DNA of 64,000 nt from Azolla caroliniana (Eukaryota > Plantae > Polypodiophyta), in contig JBHGNT010000012.1 of NCBI GenBank assembly GCA_043228905.1, positions 7,626,001 to 7,690,000 on the forward strand, in the 5' to 3' direction. Below are positions 27,529 through 39,329 of the stretch, piece by piece. How positions within the stretch are numbered: the first letter of the stretch is position 1; every line of letters starts with the position of its first letter. Made by a program: the position numbers and the translations under genes. The notes beneath the pieces were generated by a model. The model was not told the origin of the DNA. It was given only the letters and a program-made list of their open reading frames with translations, and made no database searches.

Positions 27529-30243
27529 ATGTCTTCTTCTACAAGTAGAACATCTCTTTTTTCTATTGCCCCCTTTTCATTGTCAGATAACTCGTATTTC
27601 TCAATAGAAGAGTACGACCACAAAAAACATTCGCGGCTTAAACAGAAAAGTGTGGCTCCTAGTACTTCGAATTCTCTGTTTTCAATTGATCCTGTTGATG
27701 GCCCTCTTCATGCAAGCTTACAAGCGGACGATTCTTCGTCGCTAGATAACAATAGCATTACTAAACCTCTAGCATTTAAAAGAGTTCCTCGACAAGTTAG
27801 TGAAAAGAGATTTAATTTCTTATGTTCTGATCGTCAACTTCTATGCGACTTGAACAAATCGTGTTGTGCGAATCTCTGTCTATCAACTTATGGAAAGTCA
27901 AGGTTACGTGAAACACGACAAAAATACTTGTCGCTTAATGGGGAAGAGCAAGATACATTTCTTCTTGCGCATATGCAACTTAAATTTGATCACAAAGCAG
28001 GGCCTAATTCAACGCAAGTTGAATATTTCCTTGGACTATATACCAAGTGTTGTCGAGCAGCTTTTAAAATCACTCATAGCATTGGAAATATGCGGCTGCA
28101 ATGAGTTCAAGAGCGACTTGTGAAGGGCTCCTGGGTACAGTTCGATCAAAATGGTTCTGGATGTAAGGGTCAAATTGGGCAACATGCAATTAGGTGGATG
28201 GAGGTATATTTTTCAAAACAGTGCAAAGTTATGCCAACCACAGGAAGACTTCATTTGTCAGATAACTTTACTCGAAGGGAAGTTTACCAATCGTACAAGG
28301 ACGACATGTCTTCCGATGTTGAGCCTTACATACAGTACAGGCATTTTAATCGACTATGGAGGTTACAATTTAATAACGTGGTTATCCCACAAAAGGTGCG
28401 AATGGGAGTCTGCTCAATATGTGCGAGTTTAAAAAGTATGGCCAAGGGTGGAAAATCAGATGTAGAGATCAAGAATTACAAGAACCTGTTAAAAGAACAT
28501 CGTGAAAGTCAGGCATTGGAACGTACTAAGGCTATGCATCACCGACAAAAAGCGTTTCAATCTCCCGAAAAGTATATGTGCATGATTATTGACGGCATGG
28601 ATCAAAAGAAAACTTGTTTGCCGCATTTTCAAAGACTCCCCAAGGATATTGGAGATGAGTGTCTCGTGCAAATGCATCTAGTGGGTTGTTTGACATACTG
28701 TCAAACTATAAGACCGCAAGTGTTCTTAACTTATCCCAATATCCACAACGACCCTAATCTTATTGTCACTGTCATGCACAGGGTATTGCAATCATGATCA
28801 GGTATACTCCCGCCAGTTCTATATGTGCAACTAGACAACACAGCAAGAGAGAATAAGAACTCAACTGTCTTCGGCTATCTAAGCATGCTAGTAGAGAGGG
28901 GCATATTTAAAAAGATAAAGGTTAACTTCTTGTTGGTTGGTCATACCCATGATCACATAGATCAAATGTTCAGTAGGTTCTCAAAGAAACTTGTTCGCTG
29001 TAATGCTTTCACACTTCCCATGCTATCCAAATTGATTAGTGAAGCATATACACCAAAGCCTGAAGTACAACACTTGGAAGAAGTATACGACTTTAAACGT
29101 TTATGCATGGATAGTGACGGGACTAAAGGTAGGGTGCTTGCACCTCTTAATAATATAAGTTTCAACCATGTCTTCCTCATAAAACAAAGATCGGCCCACC
29201 TGAAGATGACGGTGTTGTTTGCGAAACAATACTCATCTAGTGCACAATGGGAGCCCCAAGAAGGTTGTAGGCTCCTTCTTCATATCCCAGATGAACCTCT
29301 ACATGGTGCACAACAAATGCCATATGATGATCGTAAAAATGTAGCACCAAATAGTACTATTGATGAACAAAGGGCATATTGGTTGAGATGTCTAGTAGAG
29401 AAACAAAATAATATTGATCGGACTAAGAAGTATGCCGGTGATGAGGATGTTGAATGGTGGGAGATTTTCTTCACCCATCAACGCACCATTTTAGATAATT
29501 ACATCGCCGGTTGATGGCCAATCCGTATCCCATTCACATGGAACATTGGGATGACATCAACGATATCGCAGACTCATCACCAACAATCGAATAATATGGA
29601 GCTTCATGATTTAGTTCGGCCACTGCAAAGAGATATTTATGTGGGACCAAGAAAGTCACGTACTGTTGAGGCAAGATGGCAAGGTAATTTGCAAGAACTA
29701 CAAGTGGGAATGTTGGTTGCAACATTAGCAGGGGATGATACCTTGGGCCATCCATTTTGGATTGCAAAAATTATTGAATTAGTAAGGGATGAAGAAAGTA
29801 GTCAGACAAAGTCAATAGTAGTCCATTGGTATCAGACAAATTCAACTGATGCATTTACAGGAAAGTATTCTTTAGAGATGGTTAAGGATGTCGGATGTTC
29901 AAGCAGAAAGAGAAGAAGAAAGAATATACCGAGCACGACTACTCTCGCACTAGACCGTGTTGACATACTAGTATATGACTTCTCATTGACAAAATCAGGT
30001 CATCTAAGACAAGCAACTATCAAGATAATAAAGGAGAAAATCCCAAACATGGTGTCAAACGAAATACAGAGAATAACCAGAAGCAATTCTCATAACCACA
30101 AAGATGTTGGGTTGGAATTGGATGAGGATAATGCTTTGATTGCCACTGATGATGAGGATGAGACGTCAGAAGGCTCTTCTAGTCCATCAGACATGTCTGA
30201 ATATATTGGTTTGGTTCAAGCTGGGGATTGTTTTACTACATGA
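27529..30243 (+). pseudogene. Intronless DDD transposase (~900 aa) with three in-frame TGA stops
   Basis: ORFs starting at 27529, 28120, 28825 and 29551 are all in the same frame, separated only by TGA at 28102, 28795 and 29512. Cys cluster CC..LCL and CSIC...H motif; candidate catalytic residues in IIDGMDQ, QLDNTARENKN, LLVGHTHDHIDQMFS. Confidence 0.88.
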
Positions 30244-30491
30244 TCGGAAACTTTGTAAATTTGTTTTGGATGTAAACTCACGAATATGTATAATTGTAAC
30301 TGGTAGACATGTTGTACATTATTTTGTAATTTTGGTGATGTATTTTTGGAGGCATTTTACTTATGACTCAAAGTGGTAGTCATGTTGAAATTCAATATAT
30401 TTTGCCACCTTTTCTTAAAAGCTTTACGCATGCGTCGTGTCTTTTTGAAAACTGCGTGCTTTTGTGCCCTTTTTCGACGTAGTGTTCTCAT

Positions 30492-30528
30492 AATGCGACA
30501 TATTACCTGTTTCAAATGACCCGGTGTT
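30492..30528 (-). repeat. Right terminal inverted repeat
   Basis: CGACATATTACCTGTTTCAAATGACCCGGTGTT, followed by the CCAC TSD. Confidence 0.95.
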
Positions 30529-31376
30529 CCACCTCCTTTTGAAAAAAAATGCATGAATTTAGCTTTTAAATCTGCAAAGGTGTTGATGGTAGACGGGTCC
30601 TGCGTCCGGCGCCATCTTGCTGCTGGTCCCTCCAATGTGACGCCAAATTCCGCTATCTTAGAGCGTTCTTCTTCTTCAGGGGTCAATCGCTGGGACACAT
30701 GGTTGGCTTCCCATGTCTGTTCAAAGGCGTGCACATGAGCTTCTGCGTCCGGATCATCTCTATACTTGGAGTACTGGAACGGCATGTCGTTGTCCGGTAT
30801 CAGTGCGCGGGCTGGTAGTGTTGGTGCTCGTTCCGGAATTTTCTCCGGTGTCGGTGGTCTTTCCCGATTTGATTCCGGTGTTGGTTGTTTCTCTTCCTTT
30901 GGTGATGGAGGCCTCTCCTCTTCGACTTCCGGTGTCGGAGGTCGTTCTTCCTCTGCTGGTTCCGGGGGTTCCAGCGTTATCACTTCCGGTTCCGGTCCCG
31001 GTGTCGGTAAGGTATCTGATCCTTCGTCCTCCGGTCCGCCCGGGGTTTCGTTGTTGCTACGGTAGTTCGTGTGCACGCTGTATTCCCCTTCGGAGTCCGA
31101 TTCATATGCTGAAAAGGCCTCTGCTTCGCCTTCTCCGTTTGCCAACGCGTGGAGAAGGGATTCGGTTTCCCAGAGGCTGCTTAGGTTGCTGCTGTCGTCC
31201 GGGTGCGATGTTTGTTGTAACCAGAGGGAGTCCTTCGCTACTCTCCGGATTACGTTGGAAAACGAGCGATCCGCTCTAATTTCATGCGCCGCTTGCTGGA
31301 AAGCCTCGCGTCTCCTTTGCCTTTCGGCAAGGCGTCGAGTTTGATCTGTAACCAGGTCGTGCGTTGATCTAGACAT
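30529..31376 (-). pseudogene. Gypsy gag N-terminal half, split by the DNA transposon
   Basis: DPDAEAHVHAFEQTW...FGVTLEGPAARW...FADLKAKF. Removing 22974-30528, one TSD copy and one extra T in the homopolymer at ~30542-30549 restores ...HFFQKEVDQTVMVGLFYTIRQEAGES, continuous with 22716-22973. Confidence 0.9.
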
Positions 31377-31410
31377 CCATCCGTGCCGTCGTTTGCTGCA
31401 AAAACAGGAA

Positions 31411-31429
31411 TCGTGGTCGCCAAAAACTA
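31411..31429 (-). promoter_or_regulatory. Putative primer-binding site (TGGCGACCAC, possibly tRNA-Arg)
   Basis: TTTTTGGCG-type PBS next to the 5' LTR, as seen in Athila/Tat-group elements; the tRNA identity is a guess. Confidence 0.6.
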
Positions 31430-31862
31430 TGTTAACTCTTTGGGCCGGACAATGGCCTAACACAGGGTGTCTACGGGAGACACTTCACCAAAGGGTGTTA
31501 CGGCAACCGGATTAGACTTCAACGCTTAATCCGACTTAATTAAGTTACTTATTAGGATCGTCTTCATAACACGCGTAAGATATAACAATTAAGACAGAAC
31601 AGCAATTAACACAGAGAGATAACAACGCTTAAGCTTTCATTAATTAACCGCTCCCTATTACATTGTATCCGGGCCTTTAAATAGGTTTCCGGTCTGTATT
31701 ACAAAACGGTGCCATCCGCACCTGTTCGGGATCGGTTCGGATCCGGAACGGCATACCGTTTCCGGTCCGTCCGTCCACACTCATAGCTTAATTACAACCA
31801 CATTCCTACTACTTAATTAGCTCTCCGTTTCCCACTCTGAACTCCTTTGCCGGCCGGTAACA
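31430..31862 (-). repeat. 5' LTR of Gypsy element
   Basis: Direct repeat of 14403-14835; followed on the minus strand by TAGTTTTTGGCGACCACG (PBS-like). Confidence 0.97.
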
Positions 31863-32229
31863 ACAACTCCATAGGATGAAAGGGAAATTGATGTGGCAAT
31901 TTTCGCAACTATGTTGTTTGGGGACGTTGTCATGAGAGGAGATAGAGGTATACCATCTAGTTTTGCAACACTTGAGAGGGTTTCCCATGCATTATCACTA
32001 CTCATGATGTAGTGAAGACAACAAGGGTTGTATTATCATCTTGTTTTAATAACAAAACATTGATTTACGAAAAAAAAGAAAAATAAAAAAAGGGACAAGA
32101 TCAATAGACAACATTTTGTCAATAGAACCAAAACTTGAAATAAACTTTTTCTAAATCAATCTTTTTGGTAGCTATTCCATTAATAAAGTAGTTCGATATA
32201 CAATGAGTGACATTTTTGCCGTATTCAAA

Positions 32230-35200
32230 ATATCCATCGTATACAAAATATAAGACCACATTTACAATATCCGGTTAGATACAAAATATAAGACCACATT
32301 TACAATATCCGCCCAGATACAAAATATAAGACCATATTTACAATATCCGTCGTATACAAAATTTCACAATCTTTGACTACTATACAAAATTTACAATATC
32401 GGCCCACCTTGCGCAGCTGGAAATTCCAATACTTACCCTTCATGCCCACCCTGCGACTTGAATCTGAAGGGAATCCACTTCATATTTGGTGACCCACCCA
32501 CATTTATGTGCCCTATCACCAAATATGTATAAGAACACAATGTATAAAATCCACATGAGACATCCATTTGAGGTCACACTTACAAAATCTAAAGATATCC
32601 ATCCTCGTAAGAACTCTTCGACCAACATCTATATAGTCTTCATCACGTAAAAGCCACAACACACAATGGTGGTCTGCATTACGCTAGAAATGGTCCAAAT
32701 TGCGATATCTATAAGACTCCATACAGTGCCAATCGCCTTGTTGTTAGTGGATCGCAGAAGACTCTTGCACTGATCAACTTAGAAACTTTGTGTCACATCT
32801 TTGTCCACAACACCCAATGGCTCTCCACCACGATTAGAATGAAGATGAAATCACGCTCGACTACTTTCCCGAGGATGACTTGCCCCTTCCTTGTTTAATT
32901 GTGTAACTACACCCAAAGTGGGTCGACTATGGTGAAGCATTCTGTCACCTCATGTGGCAACGAGTACTCCATCCACATGGTGAATAATGTCATGGTTGAT
33001 GTGGATGCCATTTCTCCATCTGTGCACATCGTCTCAAGTTCTGACTCACTAACGTCAACGACGAGATCGAGTCGTGCGATGGTCAACCAGTACCTATATA
33101 CAAAGAAACATGCATGCATCATGAATTGAGCCACACTTAATGATCTATAGTAGGATACAAATTGTAATACACAAATCTGTTTGTTCGGTGTTTGGATCCA
33201 CAATCTGACGACCTTGCTGAACTCAATTTTTATCGTGGCCACATTTGGTTCGGCATCATCTGAATTTGATGTTAATGGGACAACAACTGTGTTTGACTTG
33301 ACCTCCTTCCGTCTAACTTGCATTTTCGGTCATCTCCGTCTCGATGGCATGGACACATGGAATGGGTGTTGAGCCTTACCATATAATATTTGGTGTATCA
33401 GTGGTCACACCACCCTCTTCGGTGGATATCCCCGCCTTTTTACATTGTTTCACCACGAATAGACACATGTTATTATCTGAATCCAAAGATTAAACCCTCC
33501 AACACTAAAAAAGCATGACATGAAAGGCTTGCTCATACTTATATAAGATTCCAATCCGGATACAATCTTCTTCTTCAACATTTCCAACCGGTCATCCTTT
33601 TTGGCATCGTAGATGGCCATCTCGTGCTCCATAAATCTCGCCATGAACTCTGCCTCCGTGTCGAATCGGAGTTCAACTGGAGTGGAGTTGAACCTTGAAA
33701 TAGCCCTAACCTTCAACTTCTGGATGTATGATTGTTGATTTCTGTGGTACTTGATTTTGGGGTCCATGAAAGGTGTGAGCGACCTGTGGTGCTCATCGCT
33801 ATTGAAGCATGCCCTCGGAGTACCCTCCTCCTCCTCTATCCGCATCCCTTGTGGCAACATTATGTCAATTCCATGTGCCATGCATAAGTGTGTTTCCATG
33901 TCGCATTTTTTGCGATACCACCTTGGCGAGAGGTGACAATAATCAACCATGATACGTGCATGAGCCTTGTTCCCATGTACATCTCTTCCAACCTTATACA
34001 ACGAGTTTGGGATCTCACCATTTGTTGTTTGAGTATGTGTTAGATATGCTAGACCATTTGTTACATAAAGATTGAGATAATAAAATGAGACCAAATCCAC
34101 ATACCATTCGAAGGAGCGTCTTCATCAAATGATGCCATGCCTTGTATGGGGTCGATTTGAGGACAAGAACCCACCAATGCTTGGTCCATGCTCTCTCCAC
34201 CCTTAAACATGTCATGTTGGCTGCACAACTTCTCCAATGTCTTCTAACGAAAACCCTTTAACAAATCATCGGTCAACATACATGCATCACACATAATTAC
34301 CACTAGTAATAAAAATTGGTTCATGACATACCTCCCTTTAGTTGGATATATGCCACCGTTATCGGAATCCCACCGCTCTTTGTACTTGGACCTGGCAGCC
34401 ATCTACACGATCAAGCATAAGTAAAAACCTAAACATTTTTTGAAATCACTAATCAAGCAAAACCCTAAACATAATCCTGAACCCTAAACCCTCGACATGA
34501 AAAATAGGATTTACGCCAAACAAATTAAACCCTAATTCAAGTAAAAGAAAACATATAGAAATGACACAAAATCGTAAATAAGAAACCAAACATTTTCTGA
34601 ATTTAATACTCAAGGACACCCAATATTATCTTTAATCAAGAAAAAGAATTAAACCCTAAAATCTAAATAATCAATAATCAATATAGAATAATGAAGCAAA
34701 AACCTAAACATTTTCTGAAAAATAGGATTTACACGAAAAACATTAATCACAAGACAACCAAAACCCTCCATCATCAATAATCAATAATCACTAGATCAAG
34801 CCAAACCCTAAAAATTTTCTAAAATCAAGTGATCGAGTAAAACCCTAAACCTTTTCCCGAACCTTAAACCATCGACATGAAACATTCTTGCACATAAAAA
34901 AACAATTGTAGAAAAAGTAGAAACATACACAAATACATACATGGGAAATATATGGGTGGATATGGCAGATATGGCAAATGGATGTAGTCGACGATTGGCC
35001 GCCTGAAAACCTTTCTTGACAAAAAACCCTGACAATCTGATTTGAAAAAATGAGAGAAAATGATAGGTTTCATGGTTTTATACACGTCGATTGGGCGACC
35101 AAAATTGGTTGGGGATACATGCGGTTGGGCGATCACACGTCGGTTGGGTGACCACACAATTAAACATGGTTGGGCGACCAAACATGGGTGGCAGGTTGGG

Positions 35201-35420
35201 CGACCACGTTTTGCTATGTAGGTTGGGTGATCAAGGACTCAAAATTGGACGATTACAGACAGGGTTGGGCGACGACTGACACAGTTGAGGACTCAAGAGT
35301 TGGGGAACTACTGATAAGGTTGGGCGACCGAGGACTCAAAAGGTTGGGTGATCGAGGACTCAGAGTTGGGCGACCTCTGACAGCTTTTTTTTATCGTGCG
35401 TTTACAAAAAAACATTCCAA
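32230..35420 (-). mobile_element. Degenerate DNA transposon remnant (CACTA- or Mutator-type) with Ulp1/C48-like protease fragments and subterminal repeats
   Basis: Minus-strand fragments IVDPLWV, ESHWVLW (~32810-32830) and MQTTIVCCGFYVMK (~32640-32680) match the H and Q-x5-CG pattern of Ulp1 proteases. 39-bp tandem repeats at 32240-32400, about 10 copies of GGTTGGGCGA(C/T)C at 35090-35375, AAACCCTAA motifs at 34420-34870. No termini identified. Confidence 0.55.
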
Positions 35421-35725
35421 ATAGGACGGTGCAGATCACACACACACACACACACAACCGAGCGACCTGCACCGTCCGTGGCCTTGATTCCCTCGTCAAG
35501 CCTATTTATATATGATTTGGTTAGCTAATAGACACGTCGGTATTGTGTGTGCACTGTGGAAAGCAAAGCCAAGCCGAACCGAGCCGAGCCGAGCCGAGCC
35601 GAGCTGAGCTGAGCCGAACCGAGACCCCATTCATCGTTCGAAGAAGAAGAAGAAGAAGAAGAAGGATTTCTTTCTCTGCTCTGCCCTGCCTTTTCTTTTG
35701 TATCTTTTCTTTTTTAACCCTAGCC

Positions 35726-35871
35726 ATGGCCGCTCTGTTCTACTTTGTTTCCTTCTTCTTCCTCTTCCTCTTCTTCTTCTTCTTCTCCTCCTTTCCTTCT
35801 TCTTCCCTCGCATGGGGTGTCCAAGGACATTATGCGACTTGCTTGATCGCACAGGTAACCTGCTAAAACCC

Positions 35872-35918
<47 letters not shown>

Positions 35919-38900
35919 TCTCTCTGTCTCTGTGCGTCTCCATATATTTGTCGATGTTAAATGCGTTCTTTTTCCTCCATAAAAAGGAGGTGTTTGGTCT
36001 ACTTCTGCAGATAATACGGGAAACCATGCTATACATGGTTTGCCTTAAAGTTATTGTAGTAAGAGAAAGATAATTTAACAAATTCATCGAATGATTGACA
36101 GCCACTCTATTTCTATTGACATTGAGAAGAAAAAAATTGGAGATTGGGGAGGGGGGCGATAGGATTTTCTGTTGTGCAGACAAACAGACAGAAGCTTCGA
36201 AACACAGATTTCATAGCAGGCCATCGTTGATGTAGAGATCTAAATGTTCGAAATAATCAATACACGGACACTGAATCAAGAAAAGTAGAAATTGTTGTTA
36301 GTAGAGAGAGGATATCAAGTGACTGAAGATTTTAAGTCATTACGTGAATATATTCAAATAATAAGCAGAAGGAAAACGAGAATTTCTTCATTTCGCTTCA
36401 GGAAAAGATCTAGAGCACTGAAAACTATGGGAAACGGAAGGTCATATTGTTTCACAGAATAAAAATAACCACACTGTCACAGAATGTATCAAGGAAAAAA
36501 TGAAATCTTCAAATTTTCACTAAGAAAAGAAGGGATTTTGCTCCCTCCACATACCAAAATAAAGCAGTGTGCCAATTTGGAATCTGTACCTTATGAGGAT
36601 GCTAGGCATAATTTTCAAGAATATGTACAAGGTTGTTATAGCTTTCAGTAAGTCCTAAGGAGGGAACATCCCCAAGGACACGAGTCGTTCTCCTTTCATC
36701 TCTCTTCAGAAGTATTAACAGTGAAAAGTTCCTTTTGAACTACGTTCTTAATGTGGTTTTAAAACAACCCTTTCTCCGCCTACAGAAATTCTTCAGTGAT
36801 TCAACCCGGGATGCTGTGCAGTCATTGCTTCCAGAATATGCAAAAGGAGGTCTCCCAAGCCTTTGTGCATGGCCAGATCAGATCCGATCCCGATACAAGT
36901 GGAGTGGATCCCTTCACTATATTGATACACCTGATTTTTTCTGCAATTACGACTATAATCGTGAGTACTCATATTTATTTCATCCTTTTTATGATCCTAA
37001 AAGCACAAATCTCTTTCTTTCTTTTCTCAATGGCTTTCACATTATTATTTGGTGAATATCTTTCTAGGGGAAAAAACTTTGGAATACTGCTGAGTTTTTC
37101 CCTTTGTCAACCTTCTTCTCAACCTGTTATATGTGGCATCTGAGAAATTGCACAATTCATCAAATTATATTTGCTATTTGAGCAATTATGTGCACTAGTT
37201 AAGTAAACAAATTCCCAGACAATGATGATGACAAGCATTGAAAGAGACAAAATAGTATTCCTCATTTAAGAAACAAAGATAAAAATGCATATACAAAATT
37301 TCCTATTAGATTGTGCACAAAAAGGTAAATCCCAACCAATTAGTGGATAAATAAAACAGAAAAACTCTGAAATACTCCAAGTTTTTTCTCTGTTTTTTCA
37401 AGTGTCCCCTTAGTGAAATAATGTTTTCATTCTTCTATGGATTTGTAGTCTTTTAGGACTCGTGTTCCTAAAAAACTTTAATAAATGGAAAGAAATTGAC
37501 ATGTTCCTAAAAAAATTTAATAAATGGAAAGAAAATCTTTCGCGGGAATTCAAAAATAATTTAAATCTCATGATCGAACTATATGAATGCAGGTGATTGC
37601 CATGACTCAAGTGGCATTTTGGGAAGGTGTGTAGCTGGTGCTATTAACAACTACACTTCCCAACTAACGACATATTTTTCGAATTTGCAACAATGTATAT
37701 CAAGAATTGCTTTATTCTTTGATAATTTCTTTGACTTAAACTGGTTATCCATTCAACATTTACCTGACTTCTTCTGTTTCCTTTTTGTTTTTTGTCTCGA
37801 TTTTGCCAGATAATTTGACTGAAGCACTGCTGTTCCTCTCTCACTTTGTTGGAGATATTCATCAGGTACTCAATGCATTTACACACCACTATCAAAACTT
37901 AAGAATATATCTGATACTCAACTCAGTTGGGATGGTTTAAAATTTCAAAGTCTGAAACATTGTTTTGTCCAATCAGCCGTTGCATGTTGGTTTCACATCT
38001 GATCTTGGTGGAAATGCAATAAAGGTTCATTGGTATCAGCATGCGAGGAATCTTCATCATGTACGTATGTTCTCCTTTACCATAAAATTGATGCTAAATG
38101 CTAAAGAATATTTCAAAGTGCATTGTTCCCTCATTGCAATTGTAATTTGAATCAAAAGATTTGGGATGATGATATTATTGAATTGACAAGCCAAAGATTT
38201 TATGAGTCCTCGATCACAAAGCTTGTGGAAGACCTTAGCAATAACATTATGGTGAGGTTCTGTATGTCGTTTGTTAGTTTCTTGTTTCTAGCCGTTTTCT
38301 GCTTCTTAAAGTGACTTTTGGGCTGGTATCTCCATCTGTATTTAGGAAGGAAAATGGAATACTGATATGCCTGGATGGGGAACCTGTGGTAATGGTGATA
38401 TAGTTTGTCCAGATATGTAAGTTTCCTTCTTAAAAAGTCTTATGGTTTTATCATTCATGTTATGACGATTGTTGGCATTAAAAAGGTATAGGCTACGTAT
38501 CTTGGTCTTATATTTCCTGTTGGTTGAAGATCATCAATATGAAAGATGGAGATTCTGTATCTTAATACCGTACACACTAGAAATGGTTTGAATCAATATG
38601 TGGGCATTTATTTTTTTCTCACATTTGAATTTTATTCAGATATGCAGCTGAAAGCATCAATGCCGCATGCAAATGGGCATACAGAAACGCAACTCCTGGA
38701 TCATATTTAACTGGTACATCTTTCCCTTGGGAAAATTTTGAATCATATGCATAAATTTCCGATTATCATATTTTTGCATAATTTGTCTTTGATATAATTG
38801 TTGCCTTTGACCATATTCGAGGTTCATCACATTGACAATCTGGTCCAATCCCTACATGCATTCCTCTCACATTCACAATGTGTAGTCTCAATGGCAGCAT

Positions 38901-39329
38901 TCATTAGTCAAATTCTTGAAATCGAGAATCACTAATCAATTCCCACACATACTACGCAAAATTGCCTCACTTTTGGTTCCATAGGCTATATTTGTCATCT
39001 GAGGATGATAATATTCTCGTTCTTGTGTACACCTTCAACAAACCTTAGTATACTGTCCAACAATGTGGTATCCAGCACCATCTTCATGTTAACTAATATA
39101 TATATATACATGCGTACGTATACATATATCTACACATACAGTCCAGCACAGTGCCATGTTGTTTCTCATGTTAACTAGTTGGTTCTCATGGGTGCGTTTG
39201 GCTGTGATGTCAGATGATTATTTTCTCACAAGAATGCCTATCGTTGAGATTCGACTTGCACAAGGTGGAGTGAGACTTGCATCTATTTTGAATAGAATCT
39301 TTGGTCAATCTGAAATTCATACTTACTAA
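35726..39329 (+). CDS. S1/P1-type bifunctional endonuclease (ENDO/BFN1 family), secreted, 9 exons
   Basis: Hydrophobic signal peptide, then AWGVQGHYATCLIAQ, LCAWPDQIR..YKWSGSLHYIDTPD..CNYDYNRDCHD, CVAGAINNYT, LTEALLFLSHFVGDIHQPLHVGF..DLGGN, NLHH|IWD, YAAESINAACKWAY, RLAQGGVRLASILNRIF. Exons about 35726-35854, 36786-36960, 37592-37696, 37810-37865, 37977-38060, 38159-38251, 38346-38416, 38640-38713, 39214-39329. Confidence 0.95.

Larger units (their letters stand above)
22974..30528. mobile_element. 7.55-kb TIR DNA transposon (DDD transposase, Sola-like, tentative) with ParB-methyltransferase cargo gene
   Basis: TIR AACACCGGGTCATTTGAAACAGGTAATATGTCG at 22974-23006 and its exact reverse complement ending at 30528. 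4-bp TSD CCAC at 22970-22973 and 30529-30532. AT-richer than the host Gypsy. Confidence 0.95.
14403..31862 (-). mobile_element. Full-length Ty3/Gypsy LTR retrotransposon (non-chromovirus, Athila/Tat-related), with nested DNA transposon
   Basis: Two 433-bp TG...CA LTRs. 5-bp TSD ACAAC at 14398-14402 and 31863-31867. Order gag-PR-RT-RH-INT on the minus strand, no chromodomain, extra ORF after INT. Confidence 0.97.

Noticed and set aside
22976-30526. Reading the DNA transposon as CACTA/CMC because of CACC near the ends
   Set aside because: The inverted repeat extends to AACACC, the flanks give a 4-bp CCAC duplication, and the transposase lacks Transposase_21-type motifs.
30357-30528. C-terminal extension of the 368-aa gag ORF
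   Set aside because: Read-through into the right TIR of the inserted transposon, not genuine gag.
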